64,000 nt of DNA from the IMG/VR virus record IMGVR_UViG_3300032285_001177. One strand, written 5' to 3'. This document shows, piece by piece, positions 36,468 to 46,394 of this stretch. The position numbers and the translations under genes were made by a program. The stretch's first letter is position 1. The number at the start of each line of letters is the position of its first letter. The DNA comes from a virus. Below the pieces are notes generated by a model. That model saw nothing but the letters and a program-made list of their open reading frames with translations, made no database searches and had not been told where the DNA came from.

Positions 36468-36923
36468 TTACTCCTCGTTGATTACATAAACTGCAACACC
36501 AGCCTCAGCGAACATTGCGATGGACTTTTTCCATGAGTCGTTCCAATGTGGTCTGGCTTCGATGCATTCTTTTGATACTACTACTTTCTTGATACCCACT
36601 TGAATGATACCTTTTGCACACTCTGAGCATGCTGGTAAACCATAGATGTATATCGTTGAACCATCTAATGATACACCTGAGTAGGTAGCATTATATATGG
36701 CGTTCATCTCAGCATGGACAATAAAGGATAGCTTGATATCCCTATTCTTTAATCGTGTAGGTGAGTCTGCGATACCACGCGGGAACCCATTATAACCTTG
36801 TGATAAGATCTGGCCTTTGGATCCAACTACAACAGCACCAACTTTGGTGTTAGGATCCTTCGACCATTCTGATACTTCCTTTGCGAGATTAAGGTATCTC
36901 TTATTCCATTTATTAATCGCCAT
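36468..36923 (-). CDS. cd: dCMP deaminase
   Basis: SKDPNTKVGA, GYNG, HAEMNA, PACSEC. Confidence 0.93.
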   Translation of the reverse strand: MAINKWNKRYLNLAKEVSEWSKDPNTKVGAVVVGSKGQILSQGYNGFPRGIADSPTRLKNRDIKLSFIVHAEMNAIYNATYSGVSLDGSTIYIYGLPACSECAKGIIQVGIKKVVVSKECIEARPHWNDSWKKSIAMFAEAGVAVYVINEE

Positions 36924-37584
36924 TTACTAATCCAAAGTGTCTCTCATATACGTGCATAGATGCTACGTTCCAATAGATATCACCTAACTCAAGTGTATTC
37001 CAATTATTGTTTACATCTTTGAGTAGCTGTTCTTGTACATGTCTTTGCCATGCATAGTCATTCTTATAACCAAATACTGCATCGTTTGATCTCATATAAA
37101 CAAGAGCATGCAGCTTGTTATCACGAACTAAGTATTGTACTGCATTAGTACACATGAAATCGGACATGCCATCTTTGTCATAGTCATCATGCATAGATGG
37201 ACGGTTATAGATCATGGTTGCTCTACGAGAACCAGGATTTGCAACCAGTTCTGCTAACACGTTCATGTATTGGTTACCGTTCTCTTCTGAGTAGATACAC
37301 CAACCATAGTTTGAGTTGATCATGCCTTCTGGACTTGCAACCATTTTCCAGATCTCGGGTGTACCACCTGGGATATCATTAACATTACGAGACATTGAAT
37401 TATACCATTCAAGCTCGCGCTTAACGTAGTCTTCGTTGACTGTACCAAAGATGGTAGGGAAGTTTGCAAGGAACGATGCGTTAACGATCTCGATGGTCTT
37501 AACACCAGATTTATCTTTAACGAACTTCTCTTCTCTTAATAAGTTTTGGAATATACGTTTAACGTTGTTTACTGTGTAGTTCAT
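36913..37584 (-). CDS. gp42: dCMP hydroxymethylase (T4 gp42-like thymidylate synthase homologue)
   Basis: DFMCTNAVQYLVR...MRSNDAVFGYKNDYAWQ...MHVYERHF closely follows T4 gp42. Asp at the position equivalent to E. coli ThyA Asn177 indicates cytosine specificity. Confidence 0.88.
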   Translation of the reverse strand: MNYTVNNVKRIFQNLLREEKFVKDKSGVKTIEIVNASFLANFPTIFGTVNEDYVKRELEWYNSMSRNVNDIPGGTPEIWKMVASPEGMINSNYGWCIYSEENGNQYMNVLAELVANPGSRRATMIYNRPSMHDDYDKDGMSDFMCTNAVQYLVRDNKLHALVYMRSNDAVFGYKNDYAWQRHVQEQLLKDVNNNWNTLELGDIYWNVASMHVYERHFGLVNGD

Positions 37585-38156
37585 TGTGCCTCCATGATTG
37601 GTTCTGCGTTGTCAACATAATGTAGATAGCTGCCAACGATATATTTAGGTTCTTTCTTAGGCATAGTTCCAGCATGTGGGTATGTCCATAATGGTGGGAA
37701 CATCAATAGGCCACCTTCTATTCTTGGTACTGTTACGTTTAAGTATGGAAAATCAGTTTCTCCATCTTCTCCACCATTGAGGTATAAGAAGAATGCTAAG
37801 AACCTTTTTGAAGATGCCATATCGTTTACATCTGTGTGTAGATCGAACTTACCTTCGTTTGGTTCATAGCGTTTCATACGGAACTGTTCGAATGCATATG
37901 TAGTTGGCCATTGGATACCAGTCTCGATCTTACACTCTTCACGATACTTCTGAATACCTGTAGTGAATAATAACTTTAAGATCTCGTTGTACTTTTTCCA
38001 TGTTTCATTATGAACGATAAGGTTAATCTGCTTGAAGTCCATGATTGAAGTTACATACTTCTCATGCTGCTGAGGGTTTGCTTCAAATAGATCGATCATC
38101 TCTTTACAGATGACAGGATCTAACACGTTGTTGTATAGTTTAACGTACCGTTGCAT
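37581..38156 (-). CDS. 2OG-Fe(II) oxygenase
   Basis: FDLHTD...LYLN...FPPLWTYPHAG...KY; start placed at MQRYV. Confidence 0.85.
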   Translation of the reverse strand: MQRYVKLYNNVLDPVICKEMIDLFEANPQQHEKYVTSIMDFKQINLIVHNETWKKYNEILKLLFTTGIQKYREECKIETGIQWPTTYAFEQFRMKRYEPNEGKFDLHTDVNDMASSKRFLAFFLYLNGGEDGETDFPYLNVTVPRIEGGLLMFPPLWTYPHAGTMPKKEPKYIVGSYLHYVDNAEPIMEAQ

Positions 38157-38499
38157 CTTTGTCCTTTGGCTTATTAAAGATATCACGGTTAGGATCTTGA
38201 CCAGGGATTTGACCACGCATGTATGCAACCACGAAGGATGCATAATTAATCATGTCGAGAGCAGAGTCTTCGACAGATTCATAGTTTGGTGTACCACCCG
38301 CTTCTTGTGCTTCTAAGACGGATACCATTCGAAGGTATTTTGCTTTGATGATGTCAAGGATTGTCCATACGCCATGCTCATAGTAGTCTGCTTGTTGCAC
38401 ACGACTTACAGCATTGTTATAGTCTTGACCTTTCTTTTCTTGGATATCAGCGGCTTCTAATAAGATAAGCGCTGACGGTCTTGAATATTGCTTTTCCAT
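38140..38499 (-). CDS. Nucleotide-modification-associated small helical protein (Nmad1/DUF1599-like)
   Basis: KKGQDY...K..R...ESVEDSALDMINY motif; promoter at 38525-38553. Confidence 0.65.
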   Translation of the reverse strand: MEKQYSRPSALILLEAADIQEKKGQDYNNAVSRVQQADYYEHGVWTILDIIKAKYLRMVSVLEAQEAGGTPNYESVEDSALDMINYASFVVAYMRGQIPGQDPNRDIFNKPKDKDATVR

Positions 38500-38554
38500 A
38501 ATATAACTCCCATGTTATAATAGTATAATACCACGTATTGCATATAATGTAAAA

Positions 38555-38992
38555 TTATTTTTCGCTTCGCCACGATTTGTTCAGTTTATCCCAAAAAAAC
38601 ATTTCGTCTACAGTATATGTACCTGCTGATTCATCTCGTTTAAAAAAGATTACATGTTCTGATATATCTTTTTTCCACTTAACTTTTCTTTCCCACAGTG
38701 TAGCTAAAGTATCTCTTTTATATTCATATGAATCTCTATGAGTTCCAAAAGATTTAACTTCTACTGACTCATTATCAGGGTTAAATACATCTTTGTATGG
38801 TCGAGCATCATTTGTATAGTTACATAGTTCAATCAACATACGTTCAGCTGCTAGACCATTTTTAGTATTTTCCCATGAAGAGTACTCGCCAGGTTTATAT
38901 TCTTCATTAGTTAATTCAACTAATAGATCTTGGTCAATATCAGTTATATTGAATACTTGACCAAGCTTAACATTCCAATTGAAATTAGTCAT
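38555..38992 (-). CDS. Hypothetical protein, possible PD-(D/E)xK nuclease
   Basis: G.AAE...KD...VEVKS. Confidence 0.45.
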   Translation of the reverse strand: MTNFNWNVKLGQVFNITDIDQDLLVELTNEEYKPGEYSSWENTKNGLAAERMLIELCNYTNDARPYKDVFNPDNESVEVKSFGTHRDSYEYKRDTLATLWERKVKWKKDISEHVIFFKRDESAGTYTVDEMFFWDKLNKSWRSEK

Positions 38993-39386
38993 AGATCTTT
39001 TCGAATGCTCCTACATTATCAATGTGTGTTGGTGCTGTCCAGCCTTCTGGTTTAACCAGATCAGGTAAACCTAATGGATTTGGTCGTGCTTCTTTAATAC
39101 CAACTTCTTTAGAGATGTTAGCTTTATATACACGATCCCATGCCATATGTGCATCGATACCAAATAGATCCAATGTACCGATAGCAAACACTGATAGATC
39201 GATCAATGCATCAACTGCATCATCACCATTCCTTGCTGCTTTAAGTTCATCAAGTTCTTCTTGCAAACAATTGATACGGAACTGAAGGAAGTCTGCTAAC
39301 TTATTAGCATCCATCTTTGCAACGACTTCACGCACACCAAACTTGGCATGCATCTCGTTCATATCTTTTACCCAATTTTGACTCAT
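38985..39386 (-). CDS. MazG-like NTP pyrophosphohydrolase
   Basis: LQEELDEL...DALIDL...V.KAN.SK...DLVKPEGW. Confidence 0.85.
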   Translation of the reverse strand: MSQNWVKDMNEMHAKFGVREVVAKMDANKLADFLQFRINCLQEELDELKAARNGDDAVDALIDLSVFAIGTLDLFGIDAHMAWDRVYKANISKEVGIKEARPNPLGLPDLVKPEGWTAPTHIDNVGAFEKIYD

Positions 39387-39478
39387 TTACTTCTCCTAAA
39401 AAATTTCATAAGCTGGCAAGGTTTCCACTTGCAGCCGGGGTTTAATTCTTTTTTACAAATTTCACATTTCATAATACC

Positions 39479-39507
39479 ATTATACCTTAAAGATGAATTA
39501 ATGTACA
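39479..39507 (-). promoter_or_regulatory. Early-type promoter
   Basis: TGTACA-N17-TATAAT. Confidence 0.75.
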
Positions 39508-39725
39508 TGCTGTGGTTCAGTTATCAGCAGCTTTTGTACCTTATCCCTGCTGTCCAAAACGTGGTTCAAGAGGCCTTCAAAGTCCTCCTCGTTTAATACT
39601 GTTTTGTAGATTGATAGGGCTTGAGCTAACATAACACCAGCAATCTCAAGAGGGTTGTTTTCCTCGTTAAGAAGTTTATTTGTCTGTGTCATGTATGAAT
39701 TATAGATCTCTTCTGTTGTAGTCAT
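39498..39725 (-). CDS. Hypothetical protein
   Basis: 75-aa ORF after gp43. Confidence 0.6.
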   Translation of the reverse strand: MTTTEEIYNSYMTQTNKLLNEENNPLEIAGVMLAQALSIYKTVLNEEDFEGLLNHVLDSRDKVQKLLITEPQHVH

Positions 39726-39728
39726 ATG

Positions 39729-42233
39729 TTATCCAAAAAATGATTCGAGCGATGCCTTCTCTTCAGCATGCCAACCTAGAGGTTCAATGACAATTTGTAA
39801 GGCATCTAGGAATACCTTCTCAAACTGTAGATCATAATCGATGTAGTCATCAAGCTCAAACTCTTTAGGCAATACACTGTTGAATGAGATGATGTTTTCG
39901 TTTATTGGGTTTGGTGTACGTAGATACACAAACTTAATCTTGTTACCGTTGGTGATAGGTTCATACTTACGTGTAAGACCTTTCATCTTAAGATAGTGAT
40001 TGAAGAGTAATGCGCCACGAACTTGGATCGGTGTACCTTTCTTGTAGATAGGTGTACCACTATATTCTTTTAAGGAAGATACCGATCTAGGAAATGCGAC
40101 ATCAGCAACAGAGAGCGCCGTGAAATCCCTCTTGAATTCTTTGACGAATGTCTGAAGTGCCCTTTGGTCTTGATGGAGGATGACCTCCAACGCATCTTTG
40201 AGTTTCTTGCGGACAACAGCAGGTGTCGACGATTTAACCATTTCAAGGCCCATAACTTTAATCTTAGGTTTCGCATACTGCACTCCTTCGGAATTGTGTA
40301 CGTTTAATACGTATCGTTTCTTGGCAACCCATATTGCCTTATCAGCTAACACTTCTCGTTTCATCTGCATCTTTTGTGCATAAGCATTCATGTATGTTGC
40401 AAGTTCTTGGTATCCACCATCAATGAATGGTTGGATGACTTGTTCACATGTTTTATCCATGAATTTAATCTTATCTTCAGTAGATTTACCAGCACATACC
40501 TTCTCAACTAGATTCTCAAGTGATAGGTAGATTGAATCGGTATCGATAGCGATCACATAGTCCTTATCTTCTGTCTTCATCGTTTTGTTCATGAAGCCAT
40601 TAAGTTTATTGGCCATCCAACGGATAGACAGTTGACCCGATATGGTGATACCTTCGGCAATACGTAGATCATAATATCTAAAGTGCTTATTACCAATAGC
40701 GCCGTAAGCCGAATTCAGTGCGATCTTCATAGCCATCTGTAGGTTCTTGAGACGAGAGATGTCTTTGACCAACTGTGGATCTTTGTTATGTTCGTACTCT
40801 TGTTCTGCCTTTAGCATCTGCTTCTTAAACTTAGAACGATTATTGTACACCTCTTCCATCAATGCTGGTAAGAAACCTTTGTTTTCTTTTGTATAGCACC
40901 AGCCATTTGCTGCCATAGCCAATCCAACAGGAACATTAATAGGTGTGTTATCCAATAATTCAGATACATTCGTCTTAATCTGTGTATTAGTTAGAGTCTC
41001 AGAACTCATGTTATATTGCATGATAAGATGTGGATATAGCGAGTTTAAGTCAAACGATGCAACCCACTTATGAGGACCTGTTATAGGATCTTTAACATAT
41101 GCGCCTTCAAACTCAGATGTTTTAAAGTTTTTAGACTTAACTGGTATAGCTATATTCCTATCATTTAGATAATTATAGATGATCATATCCCACATTCTAA
41201 CAGGAGAATATACATCTGAATAATTAATCTTAGCTGAATATGCCAGAGTAAAACACAATTCCATCAACTTCATCTTATCTTCAAGTTCATCTACGAGTTC
41301 TACATCATGGATATTATAGTCAACAAACTTATTCCACTCTTTAGTATAGAATTCTTTAAAGTTGTCATATGGATTCTCTAACTTCTTTTTGCCCAACTCG
41401 ATGTGTGCAATATAATCTAACTTGTACGATTCTTGATTTGTATATGTAAACTTCTTATATAGATCTAAGTAATCGATGATATCAAGACCGCGTATGTCAT
41501 ATTCGATATATGTTGCGCCATTCTTTTGTACAGCACTCTTACGTATCATCTTTTCAAAGCCATATCGTTCACCCCATGGAGATAAGAATGATGCAGCTTT
41601 CTCACCCAAGACTCGACATATTCTATTCACTAAATATGGCATATCAAAGAAGTTGATGTTCCAACCAGTAACAGCATCAGGATAGTTCTTATTCCACCAT
41701 TGGAGGAATGTACCTAGCATCTGACGTTCGTCTGCACACTGAATATAGCGAACATCGCTACGTGTAGTGGCATAAGGTTTGCAACCAAAAGTTACAATCT
41801 GTTTATGATTGTTATCTTTAACAGTGATAAGTAAGATCTCTTCATTTGCTGTGGAGATATCTGGGAAACCTTCTTCAGTTGAAGTCTCGATATCTAATGA
41901 GAATAGTTTAATTTTATCAATATCCCATTTAACTTCTTTAGGATAATTGTCTGTTATATATTGATAGCGAAACTGTACATTACCCCAATATGACATGCCA
42001 TGTACTCCATCTCGTTCTTTTATAAACGTATATGCAGCATTTATATCTTCAAACACTCTAGGTTTAACCTTAATACCTTCGAGTGTATTCCAAGAATCAT
42101 CAGATGGATTTTGATCTTGTTCATATAGAGTAGGACTAAAATCAATCCTTTCCATTATACGGCGGCCATTTTGGATATGACGAACGAGCAAGAAGTTGCC
42201 CTGTTGGATAACATTTGTATAGAAGTTTGTCAT
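39729..42233 (-). CDS. gp43: Family B DNA polymerase (T4 gp43)
   Basis: DIET exonuclease motif, FDLNSLYP, KIALNSAYG, DTDS; promoter TTTACA-N17-TATAAT at 42240-42268. Confidence 0.97.
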   Translation of the reverse strand: MTNFYTNVIQQGNFLLVRHIQNGRRIMERIDFSPTLYEQDQNPSDDSWNTLEGIKVKPRVFEDINAAYTFIKERDGVHGMSYWGNVQFRYQYITDNYPKEVKWDIDKIKLFSLDIETSTEEGFPDISTANEEILLITVKDNNHKQIVTFGCKPYATTRSDVRYIQCADERQMLGTFLQWWNKNYPDAVTGWNINFFDMPYLVNRICRVLGEKAASFLSPWGERYGFEKMIRKSAVQKNGATYIEYDIRGLDIIDYLDLYKKFTYTNQESYKLDYIAHIELGKKKLENPYDNFKEFYTKEWNKFVDYNIHDVELVDELEDKMKLMELCFTLAYSAKINYSDVYSPVRMWDMIIYNYLNDRNIAIPVKSKNFKTSEFEGAYVKDPITGPHKWVASFDLNSLYPHLIMQYNMSSETLTNTQIKTNVSELLDNTPINVPVGLAMAANGWCYTKENKGFLPALMEEVYNNRSKFKKQMLKAEQEYEHNKDPQLVKDISRLKNLQMAMKIALNSAYGAIGNKHFRYYDLRIAEGITISGQLSIRWMANKLNGFMNKTMKTEDKDYVIAIDTDSIYLSLENLVEKVCAGKSTEDKIKFMDKTCEQVIQPFIDGGYQELATYMNAYAQKMQMKREVLADKAIWVAKKRYVLNVHNSEGVQYAKPKIKVMGLEMVKSSTPAVVRKKLKDALEVILHQDQRALQTFVKEFKRDFTALSVADVAFPRSVSSLKEYSGTPIYKKGTPIQVRGALLFNHYLKMKGLTRKYEPITNGNKIKFVYLRTPNPINENIISFNSVLPKEFELDDYIDYDLQFEKVFLDALQIVIEPLGWHAEEKASLESFFG

Positions 42234-42269
42234 ATTGTTATTATACCACGTAGATTAATTAATGTAAAA

Positions 42270-42476
42270 TTACCAATGATGAAGGATGCCCATAATAATG
42301 AATATGCATGTGATGAAGTTTACTGCTGCAATGATAGTTCTAAATAAGGCTATCGTATCAGCTTCCTGATCTGTGCTGCCAGCTTTTTCGCCTAATGCTT
42401 TAGCCCATAATCTCCAAAGCGTTTTATGTTTTGGAGGAGCATCAAGGAAATCATGTTCCAGATTGATCACTCTCAC
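42270..42476 (-). CDS. Small membrane protein
   Basis: WRLWAKALGEK..EAD plus C-terminal TM. Confidence 0.6.
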   Translation of the reverse strand: MRVINLEHDFLDAPPKHKTLWRLWAKALGEKAGSTDQEADTIALFRTIIAAVNFITCIFIIMGILHHW

Positions 42477-42795
42477 GCTCCTGTTTTGCCATCTCTTTAA
42501 CTACATCTGCAAACTTTGGTTGGCCTTCAAGATTAATATGATGTGGATTAACTGGTGGAGGATTATCGATTAGATCTTGTACAAGGTTAATAACATCTTG
42601 TAAGTTCTTAATCTCAAAGTCTCTCATGTCTGGAAACTTGATTTGCATAATGCCTTCAGCTTCAAACACAATATCTAATAGATCTAAAGAGTCAATATCA
42701 AGCGCCTCAAGTGTTGCGCTTGGTATAAATTCTGCTTCTGATTTAATAATCTTCTTTTTTAAGAGGATGTCTTTAATTATTTGTTCCGCATTCAT
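42451..42795 (-). CDS. Acyl carrier protein-like
   Basis: LDIDSLDLLDIV phosphopantetheine-attachment motif; four-helix ACP pattern. Confidence 0.75.
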   Translation of the reverse strand: MNAEQIIKDILLKKKIIKSEAEFIPSATLEALDIDSLDLLDIVFEAEGIMQIKFPDMRDFEIKNLQDVINLVQDLIDNPPPVNPHHINLEGQPKFADVVKEMAKQERESDQSGT

Positions 42796-42974
42796 TTTAA
42801 TTCCTTATAGTATTTTATTACTTTATCAAGTGCTGGTACAATATCAGCATCAGTTAAGATAGGATGTTCATAGTCTTCTATACCATTTATAACTGACAAC
42901 CTATATTTTATGATCTCGCCCTTTTGGCATTCGAGATCATCTATTACAATTTGATTTATGGTTGGTCTTGTCAC
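42792..42974 (-). CDS. Hypothetical protein
   Basis: 60-aa coupled ORF. Confidence 0.5.
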   Translation of the reverse strand: MTRPTINQIVIDDLECQKGEIIKYRLSVINGIEDYEHPILTDADIVPALDKVIKYYKELK

Positions 42975-44254
42975 TTTATACTCCCAGACGAATCTGCTTT
43001 ATCTTTGTCTTCACGGATCTCCACAAAGATTGGGAGGAATAAACTCTCACCTTCGTGTTTGCTCCTAATACGAGCGTTGTACTTGACAGCCACCACCTTA
43101 CCGAGGACATCTTGCTTTTTAATCTTCTTGCGATCTTCATCGTTAAACCCACTCCCTACTTTAACTTTAATAATACCATCCTCTGATTCACAGACGAGGG
43201 CTCCCAACATGCCTTCATATTTACCGGTGCCGTCTTCAACGTCGACGATCTTCAAATCACATTCTAACTCACCTTTAAACTTAATCAGTGCCTTAGATCT
43301 TTTATTTTCCCAAGGAGCGTTCATATCTTTAAGTATGATGCCTTCCTCACCTTGGTCATAGTACTCTTTAAACTTAGCTTGTGCTTCATCGATATTCTCT
43401 ACGATAACGCTTGGAACTAATTCGATCTTTTTAGGGAAATCAATTCCCCATTGAAACTTTTTAAATCGTTCTTTATATGATGTAGGACAATGTCCATCAA
43501 TAAAATACATATAAGGTATCACATCCCATATTGTAGCGTAAACCATGCTTGCTTCAGCATCTGATATGGTGCCTTTGCTTGCTTTATTTAGAATACCATT
43601 GCCAGTTTGTCTGTTCAGTGTAAGACCCGCATCTTTAACGATAAGCTCGCCATCAAATACTGTATCAATACCGTTAGACATATGTATAAATTCTTTTTCA
43701 AGGTGACCTAACAAGTCGATCGTCTTACCATTGCGAGACTTGAATTCACATTGACCATCGCGAACTATAGCGTTGAACCGCATTCCATCCATCTTTAATT
43801 GTACCATTGCTGGCCATTGGATCTTGTCAATAAGCTTCTGATCGAACTGAGATGCTAACATACATGGATAGTCAACGACTAATCCAAGCCATACATCATT
43901 TGCTGTAGCAGTTGATACACCACATTTCAGGTCCTTGGCTATGATGCGTTCAAGCACCTTAGCATTTTTCGGAGAGAGTGATTCAAGGACCTGAGTGAGG
44001 TGTTCTATCGCAGCATTACCAGTTACAGCACGGCTGCTTAACTCAAACAGTTGATCCATGGCATGAAGTAGACAACCACTCCCAGTTGCTTCATACTTCG
44101 GGATCTTTCTAATGTAGAACTGCGTAAACGGATCCAATGCTAATCGAACAACTTCACGCAGTGCTTTGTTATTCTCATGCTCTTGCAGCTTGGCTATCTT
44201 ATAGTTCCTCGAAGGGTTAGCCGCAAGATCTTCTAAAATATCATATACTTCCAT
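42971..44254 (-). CDS. gp30: ATP-dependent DNA ligase (T4 gp30)
   Basis: KMDGMR, FDGEL, EGIILK, VGSGF, LFLPIF. Confidence 0.96.
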   Translation of the reverse strand: MEVYDILEDLAANPSRNYKIAKLQEHENNKALREVVRLALDPFTQFYIRKIPKYEATGSGCLLHAMDQLFELSSRAVTGNAAIEHLTQVLESLSPKNAKVLERIIAKDLKCGVSTATANDVWLGLVVDYPCMLASQFDQKLIDKIQWPAMVQLKMDGMRFNAIVRDGQCEFKSRNGKTIDLLGHLEKEFIHMSNGIDTVFDGELIVKDAGLTLNRQTGNGILNKASKGTISDAEASMVYATIWDVIPYMYFIDGHCPTSYKERFKKFQWGIDFPKKIELVPSVIVENIDEAQAKFKEYYDQGEEGIILKDMNAPWENKRSKALIKFKGELECDLKIVDVEDGTGKYEGMLGALVCESEDGIIKVKVGSGFNDEDRKKIKKQDVLGKVVAVKYNARIRSKHEGESLFLPIFVEIREDKDKADSSGSIK

Positions 44255-44512
44255 CTACACCCATTCTTCTGGATTAATTTGTAAATTTTTGCCGATGCTC
44301 TTCATCATCTCGTCAACTATCTCAGTCATAAGATCATAGTCATCAAAGCCTTCGTCGTTGAATACTTCTGTTAGACGTTCATTAATCATATCTATAACAT
44401 CATCAGTAAAGTTACCTGAATGACTGTCAACGAAGTCCTTAACTAGATGTGATCGGTCTTCTTCAAACATTTCAAGTTGCTTAGCCATATTATCTCCTAT
44501 AGATATAAACAT
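44255..44512 (-). CDS. Acidic hypothetical protein
   Basis: ORF track; probable start at MAKQ. Confidence 0.55.
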   Translation of the reverse strand: MFISIGDNMAKQLEMFEEDRSHLVKDFVDSHSGNFTDDVIDMINERLTEVFNDEGFDDYDLMTEIVDEMMKSIGKNLQINPEEWV

Positions 44513-44771
44513 CTAACATTGAAGCGTTCTTGATACCACCTACGATATTACCGGCCCAATCGTATGACACTGGATTGAACGAGCCACGATGAAAGTATCC
44601 ACCTGGAACTGGCATCTTTTTGATTGGTTTACGACCGCGAAGTACAACACGCTTTTTGTTTGTACGATTTTCGTTTGTGATAGCCACAGCTTGCTTGATG
44701 ATGTTTAACTTTTCCATGTCGGCTGCTGAGTTAACGTCAACTGTCATTACATAGCTTTTAGAGGTTCTCAT
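44490..44771 (-). CDS. Hypothetical protein
   Basis: 93-aa ORF in an early gene string. Confidence 0.6.
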   Translation of the reverse strand: MRTSKSYVMTVDVNSAADMEKLNIIKQAVAITNENRTNKKRVVLRGRKPIKKMPVPGGYFHRGSFNPVSYDWAGNIVGGIKNASMLDVYIYRR

Positions 44772-44974
44772 TATGCAGCCTCCTTACCATAAAACATCTC
44801 TTGAAAGCCACTGAAGGCGATATAGAAACTACGAACTAGGTAAACGTCAGGTTCATCTAGTAAGTTTTCTTTAAGGTAAATCATAGCTTCGAGGAAGCCA
44901 CCATTATGAAAACGGTTGGCATACTTTTGGATATAATCCAAAGCTTCTGTGGTTGTGATATTTATTGTAGTCAT
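44771..44974 (-). CDS. Hypothetical early protein
   Basis: AAGGAG RBS; promoter at 45003-45031. Confidence 0.65.
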   Translation of the reverse strand: MTTINITTTEALDYIQKYANRFHNGGFLEAMIYLKENLLDEPDVYLVRSFYIAFSGFQEMFYGKEAA

Positions 44975-45002
44975 TAATCTCTCTCCTTATTAATATAGAA
45001 CC

Positions 45003-45274
45003 ATTATATCAAATAATGCATTTAATGTACATGCTTATTTGTGATAATTATCACTTTTTAATGTCACGGTTTTGCGGCCAACTGAGGCTACATAGCCACG
45101 CTTGGAGAAGGTTTTTTGATGATATTTAGGTTCAATGTAAGGTAAAATTGTGATTTTCATAATATAGTGCCTTTCTTAAGTATATAAGATCATTATACCA
45201 GAAAGTCTATTTAATGTACATCTTTATTTTATCTATATGGATCAATAACTTGCATAATATATAAGTCTTTGATT
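45003..45274 (-). promoter_or_regulatory. Two early promoters and paired IHF-like sites
   Basis: TGTACA-N17-TATAAT at 45003-45031 and 45192-45220; IHF-like sites at 45240-45252 (near match) and 45262-45274 (exact); a 41-aa ORF (45035..45160) lies between the promoters. Confidence 0.7.
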
Positions 45275-45660
45275 TATATAGACAATCTCTGGGAGCAGTC
45301 CGGGTGCGCCCAGGATCATCTTTTAATATGGATATATGGTAATACTAAACGCAGTCAGAATACGCTGCCATCATGCGTCTATTGGCTAAAATCTTTTCTT
45401 CAGGGGTTAACTCAGGCTTTACTTGCTTTGCTTCAAATACCGTGGTTACTTTTTCGTCGACGACAACCACATCGTCTTGTAATTTAAACTCCATTGCTTT
45501 TTCCTTTTGGGACATTATTCTTGCGGCTTTTGGCCGTTATTATTTATGTACTTGTATAGTTTACACTGCCACGCAAACCTTTTGGGTTCGGTGTCAGGAT
45601 TTGCTAGGCGTTCACCAAAGAAGTTGACCATCCCGTTCCAAATGTTTTCCCACTCGTCCA

Positions 45661-46230
45661 TTAATCCCACAAGTTCCTATAGTATTTTCCAAATAGCATC
45701 AACCCGTGTTGGATCCTAGCTTCTTCTTTTTGCCATTCTTCTTTTAACCATGTGCGATCACGATAAAATGGTTCTTCCCAATCATCTTTATTTAGCTGCT
45801 CAAAGGCGTAGATCATCTCATCCATCACCCAATCCCAACGTTTGAAATGGTTACCATCGGTATCCCAATCATTTTCCTTTGCAGCTTGTGCTTCAGGCGT
45901 GGTGCTTCGTAGATGTTCAGGTACATCTACATCATCACAATATGGAGCTCCGTGTTTTTCAATCCTCAACTGCTTAAGCATAGGTAAGATGATAGGTGAT
46001 AGTGTGCTATCCATGTTCCATGTATCGTACCTATCGATCTTAATGTAGTTGATACGAGGATGTACAAAGTCCCATATCTTTTGCACTACTTGCATGACAG
46101 GTTCTAATACTGTATTTGTGCGTTTAACCCATGGTTCATCATAGTCGATCTCACGCCAAAAGCAAATCTTTTCACAGATGGTGTAAGGACTGATCCAATG
46201 GTCTCTGTACTTGCTGATGTATACTTTCAT
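45661..46230 (-). CDS. Hypothetical phage protein
   Basis: IDRYDTWNMD.TL..II...WDWVMDEMI.AFE...FGKYY..LWD; start placed at MKVYIS. Confidence 0.7.
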   Translation of the reverse strand: MKVYISKYRDHWISPYTICEKICFWREIDYDEPWVKRTNTVLEPVMQVVQKIWDFVHPRINYIKIDRYDTWNMDSTLSPIILPMLKQLRIEKHGAPYCDDVDVPEHLRSTTPEAQAAKENDWDTDGNHFKRWDWVMDEMIYAFEQLNKDDWEEPFYRDRTWLKEEWQKEEARIQHGLMLFGKYYRNLWD

Positions 46231-46394
46231 TAGTGTATGCTTGGTATTAAAAGTTCTGCTGTTAAGTTCCACTCTTCAACCTTAGCACCACGCGGTACAT
46301 CGATGCCTTCGATGATAGCTTTTGAAACAAAGGCCATCAGTAGTTGGTTATAGAGTTCGTCTGGTATTTCATTGATATCTAATTTAATCTTCAC

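Noticed and set aside
36913-37584. Calling this gene thymidylate synthase (thyA)
   Set aside because: The specificity residue is Asp rather than Asn and the motifs follow T4 gp42.
12312-42233. Introns or inteins in nrdA, nrdB, gp41, uvsX or gp43
   Set aside because: All are continuous ORFs of ordinary length with no splicing motifs.
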